From: Octopus bimaculoides
Taxonomy: Eukaryota
Direction of reading: 5' to 3'
DNA length: 60,752 bases
NCBI RefSeq assembly: GCF_001194135.2
Contig: NC_068983.1
Span: 85,309,551 to 85,370,302 of the forward strand
The translations under genes and the position numbers were made by a program. Positions 1 through 10,975 of this stretch are shown here, in pieces. Below the pieces are notes generated by a model, which saw only the letters and a program-made list of their open reading frames with translations, was not told the DNA's origin and searched no databases. Position 1 is the stretch's first letter. Each line of letters starts with the position of its first letter.

Positions 1-388
1 GCAGGAGTGGCTGTGTGGAAAGTAGCTTGCTTACCAACCACATGGTTCCGGGTTCAGTCCCACTGCATGGCACCTTAGGCAAGTGTCTTCTACTATAGCC
101 TCGGGCCGACCAAAGCCTTGTGAGTGGATTTGGTAGACGGAAACTGAAAGAAGCCCGTCGTATATATGTATGTATGTGTGTGTTTGTGTGTCTGTGTTTG
201 TCCCCCCAACATCGCTTGACAACCGATGCTGGTGTGTTTACGTCCCCGTAATTTAGCCGTTCGGCAAAAGAGACCGATAGAATAAGTACTAGGCTTCCAA
301 AGAATTTGTCCTGGGGTTGATTTGCTCAACTAAAGGCGGTGCTCTAGCAGGGCCGCAGTCAAATGACTGAAACAAGTAAAAGAGTAAG
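1..388 (+). mobile_element. tRNA-derived SINE, family A, well-preserved copy
   Basis: A-box-like head (ggctgtgtgg) and B-box-like head (ggttcagtcc), body ...ggtagacggaaactgaaagaagcccgtcg, internal (TG)n, and a second module. Homologous copies recur across the window. Confidence 0.85.
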
Positions 389-411
389 TACCAATAAGCA
401 ACAATTTAATT

Positions 412-439
412 CCCGGGCAACGCCAGGTGGTTCTGCTAG
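412..439 (+). mobile_element. Helitron-like 3' terminus
   Basis: GC-rich hairpin cccgggcaacgccagg a few nt before CTAG|T, the canonical Helitron 3' signature. Confidence 0.55.
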
Positions 440-488
440 TAAATAATAAAGAACAACTCATCTTGAACTTTTAAATGTCATCTATCTA

Positions 489-683
489 TTAACACTTTAG
501 CCATAATATTCTACTCATTTTACAACAAACTGGCCAGATCCAGCCTTTCAGCAATGTCATTCTAAAAATAAGCAAACACATCACTGAACTCTCGAAACTA
601 CAAGATAATACATGATTAATTCAGAAAACATGGGTGAATACGTATTATACTTGACAGAACATTCTGAAAGCTTAACGGTTTAA
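489..683 (+). mobile_element. piggyBac-like MITE, degenerate copy
   Basis: Internal aaactggccagatc...aatgtcattctaaaaataa is shared with the 6.1, 11.9, 31.1 and 52.5 kb copies. Confidence 0.65.
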
Positions 684-852
684 GCATGGCACTAACAGAA
701 TTAGTTCCATATTGGTTATTAACAATAATGTTTGTGAGTGCAGCTACATAACAGAGACTGGTTTAGAGAGTAACTAGCAGTAAATATACTAATAAACAGA
801 TGGTGAGGAAAAATGTATGTAAATATGACGTCATTATAACCCATGATTTAGA

Positions 853-1075
853 GGCAGTGAGCTGGCAGAAAGGCTAACCCACTGGGCAAAATGCTTGACG
901 ACATTTCATCTGTCTTTATGTTTGAGCTCAAATTTCACCAATGTGGACTTAACCTTTCATCCTTTCGGAGTCAACAGAATAAGTACCAGTTAAGTACTGG
1001 GGGTGATATGCCAATAAAATTGACTTAACTCCTTCACCAAAATTGCTGGCATTGTGCTAAAAATTTGAAACTACC
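853..1075 (+). mobile_element. tRNA-derived SINE, family B (Meta-domain-like core)
   Basis: gagctggcagaa...gagttcaaat...gactttgcctttcatcctttcgggg...taagtaccagt is shared by many copies. The Meta-SINE assignment is from memory of that motif. Confidence 0.75.
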
Positions 1076-1872
1076 ATCTCCGGTGATTTTATATTTGATT
1101 ACTACGTAAAAAAAAGATAAAAAATAAAATAATAACTAGTGAACATGTCTGCATTGTTGGCAGTAAAATATCTTAAACTTTTGATTATAAATTCTGCTCA
1201 TTTATTATGTTTGAGAGCCATGTACTGATTCCAATACATACATGTGCTAGTACACAATGTCATTTTCCATGATGTTATCACAGTTGTGTTGGAGGATTAA
1301 CAAGGTAACAGACAGATGAGGAGAGAATCATGATGGTGATGCAGAGCAAATAAGCTGGATACAGAATTTGCCTCTGGCTACAGTAATTACACCAGAACAG
1401 AGAATATAACCAACAACAAGTGAAGTTGTCTATTATATTGCTTGTCTTTTGTGAAGTTATTGAGAGAACATGATTATGAATCAAACTAGTACAATTTTCA
1501 GTATCCTTACATACTTCTCAGACTTGCTATACCAGTTACACGTTCTATGAATACAATAAAATTCTCCTGAGAATACCCAGGAGAATATAAGGAAGGTAAA
1601 AATCCTGATAGTCTGCTTCTTGAGTATATTCTTTTCTTACACTTTCATTTCAACACCAAACTTCACAATAAGATTGAATGTTTATTTACAATTATACCAC
1701 ATACTCTAAGAAAAGAGATACATTTAATTGGTGAAATTAGTGTTTAGGATTCTAGTGTTAAAACAACACACACACACACACACATGAAGGTGCATGGTCT
1801 AAAAGTTAGGATGTTGCACTCACAATCTTGCAATTGCGATTTCAATTCTCAGACAAGCAGTACATTGTGTTC

Positions 1873-2335
1873 ATCATCATCATCATTTAACGTCCACTTT
1901 CCATGCTAGCATGGGTTCGACGATTTGACTGAGGACTGGCGAACCAGATGGCTGCACTAGGCTCCAATCAGATCTAGTAGAGTTTCTACAGCTGGATGCC
2001 CTTCCTAACATCAACCACTCTGAGAGTGTATTGGGTGCTTTTACGTGTCACCAGCACGAGGGCCAGTTTGGCGGTACTGGCAACAGCCACACACAAATGG
2101 TGTTTTTTACGTGCCACCTGCACAGGAGTCAGTCCAGCGGCGCTGGCAACGACCTCGCTCAAATGTTTTGTTCACATGCCACTGGCGCAAGTGCCAGTAA
2201 GGCGACGCTGGTAAGGATCAAATGGTGCTTTTTACATGCCACCGGCATGGAAACCAGACCGCTGCTCTGGCAGTGATCCCACTCAGATGGTGCTGTTAGC
2301 ACTCCACTGGCACGGGTGCCAGCCATTGAATTTGA
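1873..2335 (-). mobile_element. RTE-type 3'-tail element with internal tandem sub-repeats, inserted into a SINE C copy
   Basis: (ATC)n tail then catttaacgtccactttccatgctagcatggg and cagctggatgcccttcc. Host SINE C halves at about 1786-1872 and 2340-2490 join at ttgtgttc|ttgagcaa, as in the 19.2-kb copy. Confidence 0.75.
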
Positions 2336-3352
2336 TTCAGTTTCTTGAGCAAAACACTTCATTCCACATTGCTCTAGTCCACTCAAGTGTAAATGAGCAA
2401 CACTACAATGGACTGGTGTTCCATTCAGCCTACCCACCTAGCCAGTGGGGTGGCATCATTCAAAAGCTGCAGCAAGACAAAGAAGCGCATTGCGACCAGT
2501 GATGCATAACATCATTTAATGGTCTGGTTCATGCAATGAGATATGTAACACCAAAAACAGAAATTTGCTGGTGGTCAGCATTTCCATATCCTACAATCAG
2601 TTCATTATCTATTGCCAGTTCATTTCTGCTGATTCCACAGTCCAGGAAGGAAAATTCTCCTATTCTATCTACAGTAATATCTACAATTAATTACAATTAT
2701 TTGGTGTCCTTAAAGTTCAAACACTGAACTTACAATATTCCAGAATCATGCTGAATGTGTTGATATTAAACTGTATTCCTTTTTTCTTATTCTTCTTCCG
2801 GTAATATAACCCTTCTGTGACCTTATTTTTAATGAAATACACTGCCTATGTATGTGTTTCCATTAGTAATGAAACTAATGCTTAACTTCCTGTATGACAG
2901 TACCACATGGAACTGCACTGGTCAGGCACATATGAATTACATGATATCACAAGGGTCATACTAATCTTGTTTACATTTATTTTGAAGGAAATAAAGAATT
3001 CTCGGTCGTAAGGTTTTGAGAAAACTCAAACGTTTCTTTTATCATTCATTTCTAATCTGTAACAAAATCATTACAGGGCTGGGTTTCTGACATCAAAAAT
3101 TTTCAACAGGATGTAAAGAGTTAAACAAGTATCAAGAGGGATTTAATAAAATACCTAAATTGTTCATTAAACTGCTGCTTGGAACATAAAATAAAATGAA
3201 GGGTTACAACTTCAAAAGTGCTTGTTTTGAAGCAGGAAGTTTTCAACCAGAGGATCAAAGCCAGTTGCTGGTAGATTGTCAACAAATATGGTCTAAAATT
3301 ATACATAAAAACAATACAAAAAGAAAATTTAATAATTCATGCAAGGATTTAC

Positions 3353-3427
3353 CTCAATAGCTAACTGGAAATCAAAAAGATCAACTCTCTGCCAGTTACT
3401 TCCATCAAGTGCAAGGACATTCCAATA
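3353..3427 (-). CDS. FBXL20: FBXL2/FBXL20 family coding exon (YWNVLALDGSNWQRVDLFDFQLAIE)
   Basis: 75-nt exon with acceptor ttctttctcttacag and donor gtaaat. Matches the FBXL2/20 motif WNVLALDGSNWQRIDLFDFQ. Phase 0 on both sides. Confidence 0.95.
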
Positions 3428-3589
3428 CTGTAAGAGAAAGAATGGCGTGTGTATATATATATATATATTGGATAATAAAATGACAGGTTTACATCTGGTA
3501 GCTTACTGGTAAAGAACGGTCACTTTCACAGTGATTGTTATGTATATAGCCAATATAAGATGGAAGATGGGAGATATGAGAATTTACTA

Positions 3590-3695
3590 ATGATGACAAT
3601 TGTTTTGACACATCTAGTATCGATTCCCCTTGGGTGGGAGACTCAACAACTGGTTCAGGAGCATTCAGTGGTGCAGATGTATCTCGTCAGGTGAT
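3590..3695 (-). ncRNA. Hammerhead ribozyme copy with mutated core (likely inactive)
   Basis: Mirror copy of 3886-3991. CTGACGA and stem II are retained, but GAAA is AAAA (plus-strand T at 3606) and two of five stem I pairs are lost. Confidence 0.7.
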
Positions 3696-3885
3696 AAATA
3701 GATACAACTCGTTAAAATAACAGTTTTGCAATGTAACTTCTCATTTTGTACAAAGAAAAACAGCCAGACAGAGGAAATATCTTCATTTATATAGAAGATC
3801 AAAAATAATATTTCCTCCGTCCAGCTGTTTTACTTTCTACAAAACAAGTTACATTGCGGAACTGTTGTTTTAACGAGTTGTATCT

Positions 3886-3991
3886 ATCACCTGATGAGAT
3901 ACATCTGCACCGCTGGATGCTCCTGAACCAGTTGTTGAGTGTCCCACCCGTGAGGAATTAATGCTAGATGTGTCGAAACAATTGTCGTGAT
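3886..3991 (+). ncRNA. Type I hammerhead ribozyme, intact core (Penelope-like/retrozyme-type)
   Basis: CTGATGA at 3891-3897. Stem II GATACATCT/AGATGTGTC (3898-3906 with 3966-3974). GAAA at 3975-3978. Minimal palindromic stem III AC-AATT-GT. Cleavage triplet GTC at 3984-3986. Stem I ATCAC/GTGAT. Confidence 0.8.
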
Positions 3992-4214
3992 TAATAAATT
4001 CTCAAATATTCCATCTTTCAATTGCCATATGTATATATATATATATATATATATACATATATATATTTATAAATAGAGCATAAAACTTCTTCAAATATAT
4101 ACCAATTATGGTTGGCATCAATTAATGTAATAAACAGAAAGACAGCTATAATTTGACAATAGTAAAGAGTAAAGAGAATAGAAAGGCACAAAGAGAAATA
4201 TAGAAATTGGAAGT

Positions 4215-4275
<61 letters not shown>

Positions 4276-5042
4276 CGCATGCATGCACACACCTAAGTAT
4301 ATAGGGATAAATTATCCAAGCAGGTACTGTATGAGCACGCAATTATACTCTGGGTTTCAGCTAACCGCATCAAGTAGTAAGGAGCACCTAAGCTTACTCA
4401 GGGTGAGCAATCCCACTGTAATTCATCCGATGGGTAACTCCTGGGTTCACTTGTGTGTGTGTGTGCATGTGTGCGCGCGCGCACACATGCACACACATAT
4501 TTGTCTCCTTCTATTCCAGTTTTTCTCTCTACTGTTCTCTCTCTTCATTCTATTCACAGCTGTCACATATTTTTGTCTCTCTCCTCTTCTTTTCACAGTG
4601 CCATCTGCAAATCATCCCCTGGCTTTTGTGCCTTTGAAGATATGTACTTTAAAAAAATCCCTTGTTTGAAAAACAGGTAAGGCTTATTGATAGAAATGGT
4701 TTCCAGCTGTAAAACAATGTATCAATAATATATTCATCTAACTCATGCTAACATGAGAAAATGGACATAAAATCATTTATAAAGAAGATCCTCCACCCCC
4801 ACCCCACCCCAAAAAAACATCATTAAATTGCTATTCCAAAGAGCTACTAGCAAAAGTCTTAAGTAATTCTGCTCACAAGCTGAATACCCAGTGAACCTCA
4901 TATATTTTTAACAGTATAGGTTGTAAGGATAATTGGTATCTGAGTAGAATTATTGGAATTCCATCCAACCATCAGTTCCAGTCAGGAAAATAGCATTTTG
5001 TGTGTGAATGAGGAGGAGAGAGAGAGAGAGAGAGAGAGAGAG

Positions 5043-5132
5043 NNNNNNNNNNNNNNNNNNNNNNNNNNNNNNNNNNNNNNNNNNNNNNNNNNNNNNNNNN
5101 NNNNNNNNNNNNNNNNNNNNNNNNNNNNNNNN
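5043..5132. other. Assembly gap
   Basis: N run between (GA)n and (TG)n. Confidence 1.
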
Positions 5133-5209
<77 letters not shown>

Positions 5210-6144
5210 TGATAGATAAATAGATAGATGGAGAGAGAGAGGGAGGGAGGGAAAGAAAAAACAAAATAGTCATGAAAAGAATAAAAATATACATCAGGAA
5301 CAAAGAAGCTATATAAAGCCGGATAGTAACAGGTTTAATAATTTATATTATTACCCTGTAGCATTCCCACTTTTCGCATTCAAAGATCACATTCCCTACC
5401 AGGCAGGTTAATACTTTTAGGTCAGATAAAGTATTTGACCCTCTTAATACTGATAGTGCTGAAATATTCTTCATGAACTCTTTTGTTACCATATTTCTGT
5501 TGTGTCAATTAATTTTGAAACTAAAAAAGATATTGGGGTAGTGTGTGGGGGAACATGGTCTCCCAATATTGGAAGTTTTATTGAACTATTCTATCCATGC
5601 TAATATGAAAAGCAAACATAAGATCATGATGATGAGGATGATAATAATGCTGATAATGATGATAAAATTGATGCAATGCTTGTAAGCCAATAAATTCAGT
5701 ATGAATGACCAATATGATTTTAAAATTTGATTCCAAATATTAAAGTAGTAAACTAGATGACTTCCACTGTTATATAGAAGCCATAGAGATCAGGCCAGAA
5801 AAATCCTGCTGTAACCCAGTACTACCATGTAACACGTGCCATGCAACCTAGTACTACTTGTTTCATGGTCAGGTGGTCAGAGATTAAACTGGCCTCCCCA
5901 CCAGGTTAATTTTGAAAGTAACAAAAGGTTGAGCAAAATAACTGTAATTACCAAACTGATATTTGGAACATAAATTAACATGGACTTTTGGTGGAAGGTT
6001 TTAGTTTAGAAAGTTTGTGTCATAGAACCACAGGCAGCCTTGGGCAGGTTGGTGTCAAAAAGGCTAAACTAAAATTTCATTGCCTGCAATTTCATTTGGT
6101 CAACTGAAACAACAGACTAATGTGTAAAGTAACAAATATTTTAG

Positions 6145-6372
6145 TAACCCTTTTACATTTAAACCAGCTACATCCAGCAAAAATATTTGACTGATTTTAT
6201 GTTCAAACTGGACAGATCTAACTTCTCACACCTATCCTACAATGTCATTACAAAAATAAACAATTACATCATTGAAATCTTGAAGCTACAAGATGAGGCA
6301 TGATCCAATTCAAAACAATGTGACTAGACAAATATTACATTTGACAAAATAATCTGAATGCTAAAGGGTTAA
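6145..6372 (+). mobile_element. piggyBac-like MITE (~230 bp)
   Basis: Termini taaCCCTTTT...TAAAGGGttaa, consistent with CCC...GGG ends and a TTAA target site. Confidence 0.75.
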
Positions 6373-6599
6373 ACTTGCCCAAAGTGTTGATTATAATAGT
6401 AGACTACATGTTAGAAATGTAGGCAGGCAACTTGTTAGAAATATAACCTCAAGAAGATTAATTACAGCTCTGTAGATGTTTTGGTCCTTTCCACCATGAT
6501 ACCAGAATTGCCTAGGGTCACCAACTGATGTAGGTGACAAAACTGCCACACCAAAGAACAGGCTCTGTTGAGTCAGATGTTGTGGCTCTGGGCCAGATT

Positions 6600-6760
6600 G
6601 TTTCTATCATTTTCAATGCTTGTTCTTACTGCAGCATTCATCCTGTCACTTGAGCCAGATGTGATGTCTTGCTTTCTCAGAGGATTCCAAAAACTTCCTT
6701 GCAACATCTTTTGTTTTCTTCACAGCTACTCCAAAATGTCCAACCAGATAAAAATAGGAG
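6600..6760 (-). mobile_element. Probable 3' end of a HERO/R2-like RLE LINE ORF
   Basis: The minus strand reads KKTKDVARKFLESSEKARHHIWLK*QDE, resembling the AEKASxWLWLKR end motif I recall for HERO elements. Confidence 0.4.
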
Positions 6761-7439
6761 CTAAATCTTCATTAAATCACAGTCTACTATCACATAAAAG
6801 GAGATCACACTAGATAAAGTAATCCTAGATACTCCTAAAAAGAATGTTGGGTTGATTAAGGTTGGTTTGCAGTTAAAACAACACATTTTAATAGGGTACG
6901 ATATTGCCCAATAAAAGACATGTAATAATTTTTTTTATTAATTATTTCAATTAAAAATTGGGTTGAGTTATTTTATGTAGGAAATCTCAAATTCTGTTGA
7001 TATATATGCAAAACAAAACAAAGTCAGTTCATGAAATATTTTAGTTTTTAAAGCTTATTGTGGGTTCTTTTTTAGAGCGATTATGGATGCTCTCTCTCTC
7101 TCTCTCTCTAAGCTTCTGGTATTTTGTAATAGGGATATGACTATTTCTCCATCGAGGGACACACTCAAATTCATGTGCAGACATGCACACATAAATGAAC
7201 CAACAAGGGAACTCCATGCAGAAATTGCATCCAAATATCCAACAAATCACAACAAGTGCTTTTCACTTTAAAAAAGGGAAGAGTACATAACCTAATGCTA
7301 TTCCTAATAAGACAAAATGGTTAAGACAGGAATGCTTTTGGTTGTTGGCCTGTTAGATGAGAGTTAACCTAGGCAAGATAACAACACCACACCACAAACA
7401 AATAAACAAACAGCATTGTAGGCTGGTACTGAAAATCTC

Positions 7440-7830
7440 TTATGGGAAAGACATGGACTCCACAATATAGTGGGCAGGAGAAGATGAGTGCAGCAAGCCA
7501 GGAGATGAGATGAAGATAGCAAACATATCTGGTGAAGCAGGACTCAAATGAGCCACTCTCATAGCCAACCGAATAACAGGGAGGTGAAACAGCCACTGGC
7601 TAGCATGAAGTATAATCATCAGCTGCTACAAAAGCAATGGAGATGCTTTGGAAAGAAGTCACTGCAAAGGCATCAAACTAGCAGACCAAGTTATGAAAGT
7701 AACAGAAAGAGTAATGACACAAAAGAGGATATGTTGGAGGAGATGCAGTTTAGATTTGTTCCCAGTCAGAGTACTACCAAAATTCTTTACATAGTTAGAC
7801 AAGTATGAGAGAAGTTTTTTGCTGTCACAT
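7440..7830 (+). mobile_element. RTE LINE reverse transcriptase fragment, frameshifted
   Basis: GIKLADQVMKVTERVM, then after a frameshift LEEMQFRFVPSQSTTKILYIVRQV*EK. This matches the RTE RT motif (DEMQFGFVPGRSTTDAIFIVRQLQEK). Confidence 0.8.
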
Positions 7831-8099
7831 TGCTTTGGCTCTGTTCTTCCACCCACTTTCTAAGGCCATATTAAGAATATAGTGACAGATAAATAAACAA
7901 GTACATAAGTGCATACAGCACCATGAAGTGAAAGGGTATATATAGTAGCTTCATATGTCCTGGATAGGACTTTAAACTGCATCCAGTGATAGGGCCCTGA
8001 TTCAAGGGTTCCAGGATGTTGAGGAGTGTGATAAGACCAGCTCTTAACCATTACTGTTCTCAGGTCTACTTTGACCTGGAGTTGTAGCACCTGTCAGAG

Positions 8100-8340
8100 T
8101 CCCAGCTATGGGTTACTTAGCGTATTATGGAAGCAACTTCAAACCTAGACCTTCATTGTCTTGTGAGTGCCGTGGGAAAGGAGAAAGCTCAAGGAGTCAA
8201 CCACAGCAAATCAAGGAGTGGAATCCCACAGGTGGGTCTGGTATCACCTGTGGTACCAGAATCCTGAAAGGCAATTTATGCAGGAGAGGGCCACTCTGAT
8301 GTATAAAACCTCCAGTTTGCTGGTCACTGCAGCTGTCTAG
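8100..8340 (+). mobile_element. RTE-clade 5'-UTR-like remnant
   Basis: aagcaact...tcaaacct...gggaaagg...ggagtcaacc...caaatc..ggagtggaatccc follows the pattern I recall for RTE/Expander 5' UTRs. Confidence 0.4.
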
Positions 8341-8924
8341 GGCTGTTGAGCCACTGAAGAACTGCCATCAACACACTGAGAGGATACCAACAGGATAAGT
8401 ATCTATCAGGAATGATATTTTCCTAAAGACTAAAATGTATCTTAACTAATAATACATATCCAACAACAAAACCAAAAGCAAGCACCAGGAGTAGGCCCAC
8501 TCAATACATTAATCCAAAATGCAGTTCTTATATTCTCTAGAAAACAAAATCCTTCAACCAATTGTTACTGTTGTCATTGCTGTTAAAAACATTTGTTACT
8601 TTTCAATCCAATGAAATTTCATCTTCCATTTGGTAGACAATTTGTAAATTTGATAATACCATTTATTAAGATCTGTCTAAATCAATACTTTAGAAATTCT
8701 CTTATCTAAAACCATTACATATAAATATATAATCCTTATCACTATTATCAGCAATTTTACATTTGAATGGGAATACTTGATAATCTCCCCATTATTCATA
8801 GAACTATATATAGGTCAGCTTCCCATGGCTGATACATGTCTACATTTATAAGATGTGTTTCAGTTATTAGATGGATTTGACAGTACTAGTCTACATGCAT
8901 GCATGTGTGTATGATAGATTGCTA

Positions 8925-9273
8925 GCCACTAAACCTTTTTCTATTTTCTCTCCCTGTTTCTTTCTGTTGAAGAGTGTAGGCTTGAAATGTAAAAGATTTT
9001 CTCACTTCCTGAGCGCTAAACTAATACATCTGTTTATTGTTTACACACTTGTCTTCATCTTTTGTTTTTTTGTAAATTCTTGACCGCATGTGCATTGTTG
9101 GCGATTTTCTTTCTCTGTCTTCCCTTCTTAGTACTTTTTCCTATATTTCTGACGAAGATCTCCGATCGAAACATTAAATCCTCTTTCTTTTCTTTCCTTT
9201 CCTGAGTGTCCAATAACACTGTACTTATTCCACATCCTTGCATTGTTTTTTCGTGTTTGTTCATGTTTAGATT

Positions 9274-9277
<4 letters not shown>
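8925..9277 (+). mobile_element. Tandem pair of related short elements, each with a minimal hammerhead-like motif (Penelope-like pLTR/retrozyme-like)
   Basis: Unit 1: CTGTTGA-A-GAGT-GTAG-GCTT-GAAA-TGTA with stem I TCTTT/AAAGA (8959-8996, degenerate). Unit 2: CTGACGA-A-GATC-TCC-GATC-GAAA-CATT with stem I ATTT/AAAT (9145-9179). Both units continue with a related ttcctgagYgY..aa motif. Ends at (TA)n. Confidence 0.65.
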
Positions 9278-9329
<52 letters not shown>

Positions 9330-9773
9330 ATATAAGCATAAACACAGGTGACATAAAAATTTATAAACTTCTGGAGAAAACATGAAACAATTCTTTTTTA
9401 GGAATGGTGAAACATGAAGCAGATAAAGCTATAAATAACAACATGTAAATACTAGGTTTTAAAAAAAATCCCTTCAACTGTTTCCATCCAAAGAGCTTTT
9501 TAATACAAAATTTACATCCTATAATTCATAGCTTCACCTGCTTCAAGTTTCACAGTTCAATAAAGAAAATATATGTATGGGCATACATATGTATGTATGT
9601 ATGTACGAACATATGTGTGTGTGCATGAGAAAGATTACAATTGATTTGCTTTGTGCTCCTCTCTGGAGCCAGGTATTGCAACATTTCATGCATTAAATGC
9701 TGCTGATAGTTAAGAACCCACACACCAAAGCAATTCAGTTTACTTTTACTTAAAGAACATCAGACTAGCTTAC

Positions 9774-9828
9774 CTTGGAAATTTGAGCACATCTACACAA
9801 CGTAACCACATCGAGAAAGGAAAATATT
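9774..9828 (-). CDS. FBXL20: FBXL2/FBXL20 family coding exon (R-IFSFLDVVTLCRCAQISK)
   Basis: 55-nt exon with acceptor ttatttcttccag and donor gtaagc. Near-identical to FBXL2/20 IFSFLDVVTLCRCAQ. Phase 2 in, phase 0 out, consistent with both neighbours. Confidence 0.95.
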
Positions 9829-9875
9829 CTGGAAGAAATAAAAAGATAAATTACATTTAAGGATGGAAAATATAA

Positions 9876-9912
<37 letters not shown>

Positions 9913-10360
9913 NNNNNNNNNNNNNNNNNNNNNNNNNNNNNNNNNNNNNNNNNNNNNNNNNNNNNNNNNNNNNNNNNNNNNNNNNNNNNNNNNNNNNNNN
10001 NNNNNNNNNNNNNNNNNNNNNNNNNNNNNNNNNNNNNNNNNNNNNNNNNNNNNNNNNNNNNNNNNNNNNNNNNNNNNNNNNNNNNNNNNNNNNNNNNNNN
10101 NNNNNNNNNNNNNNNNNNNNNNNNNNNNNNNNNNNNNNNNNNNNNNNNNNNNNNNNNNNNNNNNNNNNNNNNNNNNNNNNNNNNNNNNNNNNNNNNNNNN
10201 NNNNNNNNNNNNNNNNNNNNNNNNNNNNNNNNNNNNNNNNNNNNNNNNNNNNNNNNNNNNNNNNNNNNNNNNNNNNNNNNNNNNNNNNNNNNNNNNNNNN
10301 NNNNNNNNNNNNNNNNNNNNNNNNNNNNNNNNNNNNNNNNNNNNNNNNNNNNNNNNNNNN
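9913..10360. other. Assembly gap
   Basis: N run between (TA)n and (GA)n. Confidence 1.
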
Positions 10361-10404
<44 letters not shown>

Positions 10405-10789
10405 GACACACACACACAAAGACATTATATTTCTTCTGGATTATCTACTACTATTATTACTACTACCATTACTGCAACAGTTTACCTTCCATTGTTTTCT
10501 ATACATAAGGGCTGGATACCATTATTAAGATGGCAGGAAGCTTATAGAGGAAGATGTGAATACTACTTTTGTGAGAAGAACTGAGAAAATGGAAATTGTA
10601 CAGTGCATGTGTGCATGTGTAAGGAAATGCATGTGCATGTGAATGAGCAAGATAGTGTTTATGTTTATAATGGTCTAAAAACCAATGCTGTTTACGTTGT
10701 GTGTAGTAAGCTAGCAAATATAACAAAGAGAAGTCTCTAATTCAATGACTGAAAGCAGTAAAAAAACAAACAAAAAAAAACTGTGTATG

Positions 10790-10975
10790 TGTGTTAGTGT
10801 CATTTTGTCTTGGCATTGCATAACAGTTGGAAACGAGTGCCACTGTCATACAAGTGGTGTCCTTTGTTTCCAGTCTTCCTTTGGAAACGTGTCTGGTCAA
10901 GGAGAAATGATACTTTACTTGGAAACAGATATGGGTTGGTAACAGGAAGGACATTTAGCTGTACAAGGTTTCAGT
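10790..10975 (+). mobile_element. Short interspersed repeat with RTE-like tail (family D)
   Basis: Homologous to 20215-20450 (+) and, inverted, to 12870-13110 and 47490-47720. Confidence 0.65.

Larger units (their letters stand above)
3549..4026. repeat. ~480-bp inverted repeat (foldback) of a hammerhead-bearing element; inverted pseudo-LTR arrangement
   Basis: Arms of about 220-230 bp (3549-3780 and 3808-4026) align at roughly 85% by eye, with a ~28-nt spacer. Many differences are CpG-type transitions. A (TA)n tract follows the right arm. Confidence 0.9.

Noticed and set aside
1-70. tRNA gene calls for SINE heads (also 19195-19270 and 45915-46010)
   Set aside because: A/B boxes are present, but there is no cloverleaf, and each continues into a repeat body.
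1-3352. Next FBXL exon (GxVVENISKRCGGFL...)
   Set aside because: No matching translation with splice sites was found, so it presumably lies beyond the left edge.
9765-10528. Long ORFs of about 200 aa or more in the track here and at 36.9-37.7, 41.5-42.4 and 58.5-59.2 kb
   Set aside because: They run through N gaps and dinucleotide repeats. Only the last ~19 codons of 9765..10415 are real (the FBXL exon).
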